Assembly: GCA_020846635.1 (NCBI GenBank)
Contig: JADLDO010000036.1
Span: 281,048 to 345,047, forward strand
Origin: Caldilineaceae bacterium
GTDB taxonomy: Bacteria; Chloroflexota; Anaerolineae; Caldilineales; Caldilineaceae
Length of the DNA: 64,000 bases
Direction of reading: 5' to 3'
The notes under the pieces were generated by a model. That model saw nothing but the letters and a program-made list of their open reading frames with translations, was not told where the DNA came from and did no database searches. Each line of letters opens with the position of its first letter. Positions within the stretch are counted from its first letter, which is position 1. Below, in pieces: positions 10,674-20,079 of this stretch. The position numbers were made by a program, and so were the translations under genes.

Positions 10674-11926
10674 TATCGCTTCAGTTCCTGCCACAGCAGG
10701 CGCAGCGCATTGTTGCCAATCAGCGTGATTGTATACTCATCTTGTCCGCCGTAGCCGCATAAGATCGCTTGGCTTCCAGATGGCGTGGATATCCCGATCC
10801 ATGTTCGGCCACTTGCGGTTCCATAGACGCCCTCTTGCTCACCCTGCGTCCCCAAAAGCGCAAGGGCATACGTTGCGCCTGTGTTCGCACGCAGTGCAGC
10901 CGCGGCGCGTGCCGCCATTGCGTCCGTATACTCGTCACTCTTGCTCACCACCAGTTGCGCCGCGACCGCCTCCGGCACCTCATCCGTATTGACAGCAATC
11001 GCCAGCGCGACAACGGGATCCGCGGCAGTGGATTCTGCCAGTCGTGCCGCCAGGTTGCCACCCGTATTGCTCTCCAAGATCGCAATGTTGGCGTGGACAA
11101 GTTGCAATTGTCGTGCCACCACCGCAGCAAAGGGCTCTTCGGGGACGCTGCTATAGATAAAGTCACCGATCCGCTCGCGTACCGCGGCTTCCAGCGCGTC
11201 GAGCATGACATCCGCCTCACTGGCGCTATCCGCGCGCGCCGTGATGCGTACATCACACTGCCCCGTCTGTGCTGCCAGTCCCACCGTTGGGTTGGCCCAC
11301 TGCATAAAGTCACTCAAACGGTCATCAATGGCGCTCTCGCCAATGCCTATCGTCCGTAACACTCGCCGCCGGATGATGCCCTGGTTCGCTGCGCGCTCGC
11401 GCAAATAGGGCAGCACAGTCTCAAGCATCAAATGCTTCATCTCACGAGGCACACCCGGCACAGCAATCACCGTACCTGTATCTGTCTCGACAATAAAGCC
11501 AGGCGCAGTACCGACCGGATTTTCGATCAGCGTTGCGCCTGTAGGAATCATCGCTTGTTGCAAATTGTTCTCGGTCATCTGCGACCCGAAACGCGCAAAA
11601 CGAGCCTTAAGTGTCTCCAGCGCGCCCGGATGCATCACTAGGGGTCGCCCGGTCGCGTCGGCAATCGCCTGACGCGTAATATCGTCCTTTGTCGGCCCGA
11701 TGCCACCGCTGACGATGATCACGTCACTCCGGCTCATGCACAGAGAAATGACCCCTGTTACACGCGCGAGATTGTCACCGACTGTTGTTTTGTAATAGAG
11801 ATTCACACCGGCATCGCGCAGTTGTTGGGCAATCCATGCTGCATTGGTGTCGACGATTTCGCCTAATAGGATTTCCGTACCCGTCGTAACAATTTCCGCG
11901 CTTAACGGTATGCCGCCCTCGGTCAT
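10673..11926 (-). CDS. cinA: CinA family protein (MoCF-type domain + nicotinamide-nucleotide amidohydrolase PncC-like domain)
   Basis: N-terminal AEIVTTGTEILLGEIVDTNAAWIAQQL, then GGIGPTKDD, then a C-terminal CinA domain. Confidence 0.85.
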   Translation of the reverse strand: MTEGGIPLSAEIVTTGTEILLGEIVDTNAAWIAQQLRDAGVNLYYKTTVGDNLARVTGVISLCMSRSDVIIVSGGIGPTKDDITRQAIADATGRPLVMHPGALETLKARFARFGSQMTENNLQQAMIPTGATLIENPVGTAPGFIVETDTGTVIAVPGVPREMKHLMLETVLPYLRERAANQGIIRRRVLRTIGIGESAIDDRLSDFMQWANPTVGLAAQTGQCDVRITARADSASEADVMLDALEAAVRERIGDFIYSSVPEEPFAAVVARQLQLVHANIAILESNTGGNLAARLAESTAADPVVALAIAVNTDEVPEAVAAQLVVSKSDEYTDAMAARAAAALRANTGATYALALLGTQGEQEGVYGTASGRTWIGISTPSGSQAILCGYGGQDEYTITLIGNNALRLLWQELKR

Positions 11927-12011
11927 AGCCCCTCAATCGAACTCAAAAGTGAAACAAAACCAAGCACGAACAGCACGTGATTCACCCGAAAGCATGTGAA
12001 TCCTGTACAGA

Positions 12012-13586
12012 TTAAGCCATCAAGCTCATCTGGGCGCGCAACGATTTGATACGGTCGGCAATCTCAGGACGCCCCCCCTCGCGCATCTCGGCCTCCAGCG
12101 GCTTCAGCGATTCCACAAATTCGGGTGTGACCAATGCCCGCTTCTCCTTGAGCAACTGGCGCACAGCACTCTCGTCAGGGGCCGTCAACAGTTGGTTCAA
12201 CAACTGGAGATCTTCCGGCATGGACTCTTGCAGTATCTTCACAGCCTGGTCATAGACAGCACGCAGGCGGCGTACGGCGGCGGTTGCCTTTGCGCGTTCC
12301 GCCTGCTGGATATTCGCCACCAGGAAGGAAAGGAATGTATCGTCAATTTCATCAGCGTGTTCACGCAGAGCGGCTTCCGTGTCGGTGGCCTGCAAAACTT
12401 CCTGCAATAGTGTCTGTACCTGCTGGGCCATGCCCTCTTGCGCCTGTTGCTGTCGCGCCGCCAACTGCTCCTGCATCTGGACGACGAATTGACGCAGTTC
12501 CTCCAGTTTCTTACGCAGTTCAGGTGTAGCCGCACCACCGATCCGCTCAGAAAGCAGCATCAGGAATTGATAGTCAAATAGCTGGGGAACCGCCACGGCA
12601 AGCGTGCCGATAACCTGCTGCCCATCCTCTTCCATCCACGCATTCACCACTAGGTCAACCAAATCCTCGCGCGAGGTACTCGGCGTGATCTTTGCCAACA
12701 GCGCGCGAATCTTATCCTGCTGCTGCTTAACCTGCTGCCCTGCCGGTGTCTTATCAAGCAGTTTTTCGCGCAGTTTGAGCAGCATCTCCATTTCGCCGTT
12801 TTGCCCTTGCGAGCGACCCATCATGACCAACTGGTCGAGCAAGTTGAAGAAATCGCGATCCACAAGCGCCGCGCCACGCTGCAACGCAATATCAAATGCC
12901 TTGTCGTCATTGACCAACCCAACCAGGCTTTGCAGCAATGCAGACTGGTCGCGCTGCCGGCGCAGCATTTCGGGTGTAACGCCTTCAAACTCCCACAGCT
13001 TTTCCATAAACCGCTGCCAATCCACATACTGTGTGGGCTGGAGCATATAGCCCTTGCGCTGATCTGCGGGGATCTTACGCATCAAGGTTTGCGTCAATTC
13101 GCCAATCACGCGCTGCCGCTGCAAATCATCGCGCCCACTTTCCATCGGTACAAAGACCCCAAGAAAGTTATGCTCCGGGTCATGCACAAGCAAAGGCGCG
13201 CCCAGCGGCCCACCTGCGCCACAATTCGGACAGGAAGCAACATTGAGTTGTCCACCCAGCAGCGCGCCGCGCAACTCAGGGTTCACGCCCAAATCTACAA
13301 TCGTAAAGACCGGCACAACATAGGGATTGCCACAGTTGGGGCAGCGGATCTGCGCGCCGCGCGGCGGAAAAAGCAAATCCGCGCCAGGCTGTCTCTGTCC
13401 GCGCGCCTGTGGAGATCCATCCGCGGGCGGTTGGCCGGGAGCTTGCGGCGTCTCACTCTTGTTTTCCGACGCAGCTTGCTCCTGGGGGCGCTCATCCTTC
13501 TTGGGAGTCGTAAAGCCCTTCGGCAGTTCAATTTTGCCTTCGCTCTTGGGCTGTTTGTCTTGGCCGGGTAACAAGATTCCGCTCAT
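12012..13586 (-). CDS. CpXC-type zinc-ribbon domain protein with long helical C-terminal region
   Basis: CPNCGNPYVVPVF...ASCPNCG (paired CxxC) follows a disordered P/Q/E-rich N-terminus. An alpha-helical, E/Q/L-rich region of about 400 aa follows. ATG 13586 has an AAGGA-like RBS. Confidence 0.6.
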   Translation of the reverse strand: MSGILLPGQDKQPKSEGKIELPKGFTTPKKDERPQEQAASENKSETPQAPGQPPADGSPQARGQRQPGADLLFPPRGAQIRCPNCGNPYVVPVFTIVDLGVNPELRGALLGGQLNVASCPNCGAGGPLGAPLLVHDPEHNFLGVFVPMESGRDDLQRQRVIGELTQTLMRKIPADQRKGYMLQPTQYVDWQRFMEKLWEFEGVTPEMLRRQRDQSALLQSLVGLVNDDKAFDIALQRGAALVDRDFFNLLDQLVMMGRSQGQNGEMEMLLKLREKLLDKTPAGQQVKQQQDKIRALLAKITPSTSREDLVDLVVNAWMEEDGQQVIGTLAVAVPQLFDYQFLMLLSERIGGAATPELRKKLEELRQFVVQMQEQLAARQQQAQEGMAQQVQTLLQEVLQATDTEAALREHADEIDDTFLSFLVANIQQAERAKATAAVRRLRAVYDQAVKILQESMPEDLQLLNQLLTAPDESAVRQLLKEKRALVTPEFVESLKPLEAEMREGGRPEIADRIKSLRAQMSLMA

Positions 13587-13727
13587 CACTCTATCCTTTG
13601 GGGCAGTACAGAACATAGTTTCATAGTGGCACATTGTACCGCACAAGCCCATGCGTTCCCAACTTGGCCCACTCTCCGACATCGATTTGAAGCCTATTTT
13701 GCGCGGGCCGTTGCCAGGCAATTACCC

Positions 13728-13742
13728 CAAGAATTGACACCT
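13728..13742 (+). repeat. direct repeat copy 1 (CAAGAATTGACACCT), overlapping a -35 box
   Basis: Identical 15-mer to 13837-13851. Confidence 0.8.
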
Positions 13743-13763
13743 CTCCAACCGCATCGCTATAAT
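13734..13763 (+). promoter_or_regulatory. candidate promoter of the astacin/DUF2207 operon
   Basis: TTGACA (13734-13739), 18-nt spacer, TATAAT (13758-13763). Confidence 0.5.
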
Positions 13764-13836
13764 CACCCTGGAATAAAAATTCCGTACATATATTCTAATG
13801 ACGGGTTTCAATGCTTTATGTTACTCCCCGTCGCAT

Positions 13837-13851
13837 CAAGAATTGACACCT
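13837..13851 (+). repeat. direct repeat copy 2 (CAAGAATTGACACCT), abutting the RBS
   Basis: Identical 15-mer located 109 nt downstream of copy 1. GAGGAG RBS follows at 13853-13858. Confidence 0.8.
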
Positions 13852-13868
13852 TGAGGAGCTGCCCATTC

Positions 13869-14996
13869 ATGCCACTCTCCGCCGCAAAGGCATGCGTTGA
13901 CATTACGTTGCCTGACGAATTATTACTGGAGTCCATGCGCCGGGCCGTGGCAGAAAACCCAAATAACGCGCCCGCAATCAACCGTCGCACGTTGCCGCCC
14001 GGCGTAATGCCCGACGTTCCCCATGTCTATCTCGCCGCCATCACCGGCAAACTCTGGCAGCCCGGACGCACATTGCGCGTCCGTTTCCTCGATGGCGATC
14101 CAAAAGTACACGCGCGCGTACCCGCCTTTGCCCAGCAGTGGAGCGAATTTGCGAACATCACTTTTCTTTTTGGCAATGATCCCGATGCCGAAATTCGCAT
14201 CTCCTTTCAAAATCAGGGGTCGTGGTCATATATCGGCACCGATGCCCTCGTCATTCCGAAATCGCAGCCCACGATGAACTTCGGATGGCTGACCCCGGCT
14301 ACGCCCAACGAGGAATACCAGCGTGTCGTTACCCATGAATTCGGCCACGCGCTCGGCTGTATCCACGAACACCAAAATCCAGCCGCCAGCATCCCGTGGG
14401 ATCGCGAGGCAGTCTACCGCTACTATCAAGGGCCGCCCAACTATTGGACGCGCGAGCAGGTAGACATTAATCTTTTCACTCGCTACGAAGCCGACATCAC
14501 CCAATTTTCAGCATTTGACCCGCACTCGATCATGCTCTATCCCATTCCCAACGAATTTACAGTGGGCGATTTTGAGGTAGGATGGAACCGTGGACTTTCT
14601 GCCACCGATAAGCAATACATTGCGACGCTCTACCCGGCCAACCGCAAGGCGTCCAGCGTCCTCACCATTGACGCGCCGCCAACCGATGCGGTTATCGGTG
14701 AGTTCGGTGAAGTAGACACCTTTAGTTTTACCATCAGCCGCCGCGCCACCTATCGCATTGAAACCGAAGGGCAGACTGACGTGGTGATGAGCCTCTATGG
14801 GCCTGACAGCGCCACGCGGCCTCTTGCGATGGACGACGACAGCGGCAGCGACCGCAACGCCCGCATCGTCATGGACCTACGCCCTGGTGACTACACCCTG
14901 CGCGTCCGCCATTACAGCGAGCAGCGCACAGGCGGATATCGCATCGGTATCCACACCGTACCCGCAGCCCCGTCCGCGCCGCACACCGAATCCTAA
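13869..14996 (+). CDS. astacin-like zinc metalloprotease (metzincin) with C-terminal PPC (pre-peptidase) domain
   Basis: HEFGHALGCIHEHQNP (HExxHxxGxxHE). Met-turn SIMLYP. The C-terminal DTFSFTI...YRIETEG...MDDDSG...GDYTLRV matches the PPC domain. No N-terminal signal peptide is visible. Confidence 0.75.
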   Translation: MPLSAAKACVDITLPDELLLESMRRAVAENPNNAPAINRRTLPPGVMPDVPHVYLAAITGKLWQPGRTLRVRFLDGDPKVHARVPAFAQQWSEFANITFLFGNDPDAEIRISFQNQGSWSYIGTDALVIPKSQPTMNFGWLTPATPNEEYQRVVTHEFGHALGCIHEHQNPAASIPWDREAVYRYYQGPPNYWTREQVDINLFTRYEADITQFSAFDPHSIMLYPIPNEFTVGDFEVGWNRGLSATDKQYIATLYPANRKASSVLTIDAPPTDAVIGEFGEVDTFSFTISRRATYRIETEGQTDVVMSLYGPDSATRPLAMDDDSGSDRNARIVMDLRPGDYTLRVRHYSEQRTGGYRIGIHTVPAAPSAPHTES

Positions 14997-15006
14997 AGGA
15001 CACGCC

Positions 15007-15744
15007 ATGTCATTGACACCGCAAGAGGCTGACCAGCGCTCCCCCTCCTCGCTGCATCTGTGCGTTGACCGGATAGCTCCTCTCGTGCCTCCCATACTCT
15101 TGCCCGATGGCCGATTGGTGGGAATGCGTGACAAACTGTGGCCGGAACATCAACGGGTGCTGCATGTGCGCTTTCTCGGCGGCGATCCACGCCTCCACGA
15201 GCGCATTGAACGGATCGCCCGGCAGTGGATGGCCCATGCGAAGATCGAATTTGTCTTTGACAACGCCCGCGATGCTGCAATCCGTGTTGGCTTTGTACGC
15301 GGGCCTTCCTGGTCTTACATCGGCACAGATGCCCTTGACCCGGCACTTGACCCCGATGCGCCCACAATTAACTTTGGCTGGTTCAGCCCCGCCACCGCCC
15401 ATGACGAATTGCAGCGCGTCGTACTGCATGAATTCGGCCATGTCTTGGGAATGATCCACGAACACCAAAGCCCGGCAGCCGGTATCCCCTGGAATCGCGA
15501 AGCGGTCTATGCCTACTACGCTGGGCCACCCAACTTTTGGTCAACGGACGAGGTAGATCATAATATCTTCCAACGCTACCGTCACGACCAGGCAAATTCC
15601 AGCGAATTTGACCCAGCGTCCATCATGCTCTACCCAATCCCGCCCGAATTCACCGATGGCAAAATGAGCGTTGGCTGGAATCGAACGCTGTCGGCAATCG
15701 ACCGCGAACACATTCGCCACTTATATCCTTCTCACAGTGAGTGA
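15007..15744 (+). CDS. astacin-like zinc metalloprotease (paralogue, catalytic domain only)
   Basis: HEFGHVLGMIHEHQSP and Met-turn SIMLYP. AAGGA RBS. No signal peptide is visible. Confidence 0.75.
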   Translation: MSLTPQEADQRSPSSLHLCVDRIAPLVPPILLPDGRLVGMRDKLWPEHQRVLHVRFLGGDPRLHERIERIARQWMAHAKIEFVFDNARDAAIRVGFVRGPSWSYIGTDALDPALDPDAPTINFGWFSPATAHDELQRVVLHEFGHVLGMIHEHQSPAAGIPWNREAVYAYYAGPPNFWSTDEVDHNIFQRYRHDQANSSEFDPASIMLYPIPPEFTDGKMSVGWNRTLSAIDREHIRHLYPSHSE

Positions 15745-15751
15745 GGCCCAT

Positions 15752-18733
15752 ATGACGATGTCTCACCGAATCACACTTCAGCATTATCGTGGCACTCGCC
15801 TTGTCATCATCGGTTTGCTCCTGCTTGCCCTGCTGCCCATTGTCCCATTCCAAACGATCTACGCCCAGGACGTGCCAATCGTCTATGAGCATTTCAACAC
15901 CGACCTCACGTTGGCGGAGGATGGTGCGCTGCATGTACGCATGGTGCAGCAGATCCGCTTTGACGATGTTTTTCGGGGGGCTTTCTACGCCATCCCCACC
16001 AGCTACACGACCTCCATCGCCAACATTCAACTCTACGGCGCAGAGAGTGAAGCCGATAACTATGAGTTGGATACAATCGACCTCGTCCCCATTGCGCCGA
16101 ACTTCATTGAAGACAACGGGGATGAGATCCTTGTCGACTGGGACTTCCCGCCCACGTCACCCGGCGATGTACGCCTTTTTGTCCTGGAGTATGAGGCCTT
16201 TGGCGTTGTTGGCGTCTATCCGCAAGAAGATAGTCTCCGCTGGCAAGCCGTCAATGCGGATCGCTCCGGCATTACGGTCAACGACAGTACCGTAACCCTG
16301 ACCCTCCCCGACATCATTCCGACCGACCAGGTCACAGCCACCTCAGCCATTGCCGGGGAGCAAGTGGAGCGCAGGGGCCAAACCTTCACCTTTGTCACTG
16401 GTGAGCCTTTGCCCGATGGTCTCCCCTTCGAGATCGAAGTCGCCTTCCCCCACGGTCTCCTGCCCGTCAATATTCAAGAATGGCAGCGCCGCGCCGGTGA
16501 CGACGCTCTGGCGCTAGACATTGCACGTTTTCATACCGACCTGACCCTCAACGCCGATGGGACTCTCTCCGTCCACGAGGAGACGACCCTCGACGTAACA
16601 GCAGGCGCGCTCTATCAGGGCTTCCGCGCGCTCAGCCTCCAATATATCGACGATGTCAACGTCACCGCTGTCACGGTCAATGATCAGCCGCTTGAGGCCG
16701 GAAATGGCGACTGTGTGGGCTGCTATGTGATCAATACGATTCCTCGCCCTCGAAACTGGGTCCATCTCGACCCGGAGACCGAACAGCTCACCATTGAAGA
16801 GGAGAACGCCGGGGTCTATAACATCGACTGGTATACTGCGCTGCCTGTGCAAGCGGGCGAAACCGCCAATGTCGCCGTGGATTACGAAGTAGGCGGTGCG
16901 CTGCGCGTGACCGATGAAGATCAGCTACTCACATGGCAAGTTGTCCCCAACTATGGGCAGCCAGTACAGCAAGCCTCGCTGCGCTTGATCTTGCCACCCA
17001 GGGTCGACGCAGACGAGATCACTGTGGAAGGCCCGCGCGAGCAAGGCGCCGCCCAACTTCAGCCGGATGGCTCGCTCTTGTATACCTTTGACGGACCTGT
17101 TGTACCCGACGCCTGGCAAGTCGCCATCACGCTCCCTGCCGACGCAACCAGTGCCGCACCGCCGCTTTGGCAGCAGCAGTTTGAAGAAGTCATGGCCCAG
17201 GCCGATGCCGCCACCGTCGCCCGCGCGCGCAGCACGCTCATTCAGCGCGTGCTTGGCATCCTTGCCATTGTTGGCACGCTGATTGCAGCCATCATCGCCT
17301 GGATGCGTTGGGGACGGCGCAAGGTTAAAGAAACGCTCAGTGGCTATGTGAGCGAACCGCCTTCACGCCTATCACCGGCAATGGTCTCCTTTTTGGTGGA
17401 TCGCAAAGCGACTGAACAGGGCATCTTGGGCAGCATCTTCTATCTCGCATCGTTCAAGCTCATCGAGATTGATCTGCAAGACGGGATTCAGTTGCGCCGG
17501 ATCAGCGATGAGCCATTGCCGGTCAACCCGCGCCTCAAAGATGCCTATGGGCAGTTCGTTCCCATCGAGCGCCATCTCAAAGCCCTTTACGACCAAGTGC
17601 TTCTGCCCGGCCTTCCCTTGAACCAATGGGTCACGCTGGAGAGCATCAGTCCGCTCCTGCGCGCCAAACTGCCCGAAATTTATGCCCTCTTGGGCAGCGA
17701 TGTGCAACGTTTTTTTGTCAATGTGCCCGGCAGCCGCGGCGAGGCAGTCCCTGGCATGCTCTGGCTGCTCGTCTATGGCACCTTGCTTGGCTTGATGTTC
17801 ATCGGCTGGTTGCCCTGGTTTGTGGGCTTTGGCATTGGTTTTGTTGCGTTGATCATCTTCGTCGCCTGGTCAGCCATCCACGAAACCACCCAAACCGGAT
17901 ACAGCGATATGGGAGCGCAGGAAGCTGACCGCTGGCGGCGTTTTAAGACCTATCTGCTCGACATCAAGAAGTTTGGCGACCTTGCCGCAGCGCAAGAGAT
18001 CATCGACCGCTACTTTGGCTATGCCGTTGCCCTCGGTGTAGAGAATGTGGTGCTGGCCCAGGCAGCCGAGATGGGGGGGCTGCGTCCAATCTGGATGCCA
18101 ACCGTCACCCAGCCCACGCACACAGGTCAGGCCAACGAGCCCCTGCCTCGCCCACCGAACACCAATACCACGTCAGGTGGCTTGCCCTCGTCACGCCCGC
18201 GCCCATCCACACCGCGTATCGAACCCCAACGCCCGACCCTTGCCGGCATGTCGGCGCAGCTCGGCGACAGCATCCGCCAGGCCAGCCGCAGCATGGGCAG
18301 CCTCCTCAGCACCGCCGCCGGGGATGCAGCCAGCACACCGCGCAGCGTCGTCCTCAACTCGCAACTGCGCCGCCGCGAGATCGAATGGAAGCCCAACACC
18401 TCGGTTAGCACAATTCTGGATGATATTTTGCGCCAGTCCGTCTCGGATGCGCGTGAGATCCAGGCGCGTGAAGTGGCGCGCCGCCAAGCCGCGCGCGCTT
18501 CCTCTAGCAGTGGATCCGGTAGCGGCTGGGGAGATTGGGGCAGCAGTGGCAGTGGCGGCAGCCGCAGCAGCTCCCGATCCAGCGGTGGCTTTGGCCGTAG
18601 CTCCAGTGGGTCAAGCCGATCAAGCAGTTCGAGCCGCTCCAGTAACTCCAGCCGATCCAGCAGTTCGAGTTCAAGCCGCAGCAGTTCTAGCAGTTCACGC
18701 AGCGGTGGCGGCGGGCGCAGCGGTTTCCGCTAG
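15752..18733 (+). CDS. DUF2207 domain-containing membrane protein with duplicated N-terminal domain and S/R/G-rich tail
   Basis: Signal/TM segment LVIIGLLLLALLPIV. Two DUF2207-type N-domains (FNTDLTLAEDGALHV and FHTDLTLNADGTLSV). TM cluster, DRWRRFKTYL motif and a low-complexity C-terminus. Confidence 0.75.
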   Translation: MTMSHRITLQHYRGTRLVIIGLLLLALLPIVPFQTIYAQDVPIVYEHFNTDLTLAEDGALHVRMVQQIRFDDVFRGAFYAIPTSYTTSIANIQLYGAESEADNYELDTIDLVPIAPNFIEDNGDEILVDWDFPPTSPGDVRLFVLEYEAFGVVGVYPQEDSLRWQAVNADRSGITVNDSTVTLTLPDIIPTDQVTATSAIAGEQVERRGQTFTFVTGEPLPDGLPFEIEVAFPHGLLPVNIQEWQRRAGDDALALDIARFHTDLTLNADGTLSVHEETTLDVTAGALYQGFRALSLQYIDDVNVTAVTVNDQPLEAGNGDCVGCYVINTIPRPRNWVHLDPETEQLTIEEENAGVYNIDWYTALPVQAGETANVAVDYEVGGALRVTDEDQLLTWQVVPNYGQPVQQASLRLILPPRVDADEITVEGPREQGAAQLQPDGSLLYTFDGPVVPDAWQVAITLPADATSAAPPLWQQQFEEVMAQADAATVARARSTLIQRVLGILAIVGTLIAAIIAWMRWGRRKVKETLSGYVSEPPSRLSPAMVSFLVDRKATEQGILGSIFYLASFKLIEIDLQDGIQLRRISDEPLPVNPRLKDAYGQFVPIERHLKALYDQVLLPGLPLNQWVTLESISPLLRAKLPEIYALLGSDVQRFFVNVPGSRGEAVPGMLWLLVYGTLLGLMFIGWLPWFVGFGIGFVALIIFVAWSAIHETTQTGYSDMGAQEADRWRRFKTYLLDIKKFGDLAAAQEIIDRYFGYAVALGVENVVLAQAAEMGGLRPIWMPTVTQPTHTGQANEPLPRPPNTNTTSGGLPSSRPRPSTPRIEPQRPTLAGMSAQLGDSIRQASRSMGSLLSTAAGDAASTPRSVVLNSQLRRREIEWKPNTSVSTILDDILRQSVSDAREIQAREVARRQAARASSSSGSGSGWGDWGSSGSGGSRSSSRSSGGFGRSSSGSSRSSSSSRSSNSSRSSSSSSSRSSSSSSRSGGGGRSGFR

Positions 18734-18744
18734 CCCTCGCTCCC

Positions 18745-19998
18745 TCAAACGCGCGCCAAACGCCAATAGCGCAGAACCGTACCCAACAACAGCACTGCCA
18801 ACACCCCATAGACCAGTGGCAGGCCAACCGCCGTCACCAAAGAATAGGCGACCAACGGCCCCAAAGCTGACCCTGCATCGGTTGTCGTCGTAAAGACGCC
18901 CACAAATGCATGGGGGCGAGAGGTTGTAATGGCGACACCGCTCGCGGCCGCGCTCATCACAATATGCAGCGCCCCATCTGCCAACAGCACGACAAACAGG
19001 CATAGAATTGCCAAAATGGGCGGCAGCAGAAGCGCGCCCGCCAGCCCACTCGCCAGTGCCACAACGACCATTGCCGCGGTGCTGGATTGACCGATGCGGT
19101 CAGACAGCGCGCCCACTGCCGGGCCAAGCGACAAATCGGTGATCCAGCGCACGCCATGCAGCATCCCCGTCAGGGTGGCGATCCCAACCGTGATCCCAAA
19201 CCAGACCCACTCATCTTCAGCGCCCATCCGCTGCGCCAAAAAGAGTGCGGTGGTCGAGACAACAACGCCGCTGAGTAAATACTGGAAAAAACCTGCAACC
19301 ACCAGCCAGCGCTGCACCGGACGCTCCCACGCCGAGCGCCAGCCACCATCCGAACTCACTGCCTCTGTTTGCGTCTTTACGTTGGCTTTGGGGGGCGGCA
19401 AATGGACAGAAGACCAGCGGAAGAGCAGCGCCAATGGCAGCGCGATCACAGCTGCCACAATCACAAACAGCATCGCTGCATGAAAGCCAAAGCGATCATA
19501 GAGAACCCCACCCACCAGCACGCCAATCGCACTCCCCAGGCGCACAAGCCCCCACAACAATCCCGTCAAGCGCCCCTTTTGACTTGGCTCCCCCGTCCAA
19601 ATCGCCTGATAGCCACCCTGGCGCAACCCCGACCAGGAGATACCCCACAACAGGCGCGCGACCAAAAAGAGCGCAAAGCCCTGCGCCACACCATAGAGTG
19701 CCGTTGCGATTGAACCAATCGCTACCGAGCCAATAAAGGGCAGGCGCGGCCCCATCCGCTCAAAAATATGACTTGCGCCCGCGTTGGAAAGCAGCCGCAC
19801 CAGGCGATTGGCGCTGAGCAGAACGCCCACCAGGGGCAGGGGAATCCCCAAACCCGGCGCAGCCAACGGCAGGATGGTGTACATCAACGAATCCCCCATG
19901 ATGGCGAGACCGATGCAGCTACCGACAATCGTCACTAACCAGGGGCCAGCCAAACCGCGCTGGCGAACAACAGTTGCGTCGTGCGTTTGGATCGTCAT
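18745..19998 (-). CDS. MFS transporter
   Basis: About 12 hydrophobic segments. An MFS-like loop motif LSDRIGQ is present. Confidence 0.8.
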   Translation of the reverse strand: MTIQTHDATVVRQRGLAGPWLVTIVGSCIGLAIMGDSLMYTILPLAAPGLGIPLPLVGVLLSANRLVRLLSNAGASHIFERMGPRLPFIGSVAIGSIATALYGVAQGFALFLVARLLWGISWSGLRQGGYQAIWTGEPSQKGRLTGLLWGLVRLGSAIGVLVGGVLYDRFGFHAAMLFVIVAAVIALPLALLFRWSSVHLPPPKANVKTQTEAVSSDGGWRSAWERPVQRWLVVAGFFQYLLSGVVVSTTALFLAQRMGAEDEWVWFGITVGIATLTGMLHGVRWITDLSLGPAVGALSDRIGQSSTAAMVVVALASGLAGALLLPPILAILCLFVVLLADGALHIVMSAAASGVAITTSRPHAFVGVFTTTTDAGSALGPLVAYSLVTAVGLPLVYGVLAVLLLGTVLRYWRLARV

Positions 19999-20079
19999 GA
20001 AGATAGAAGCTAACTAGGTAGGCAAATGAGTGGAGGATTCTGGACGGATTCGAGATAGATAAAGACACCGCTGCCCAGA

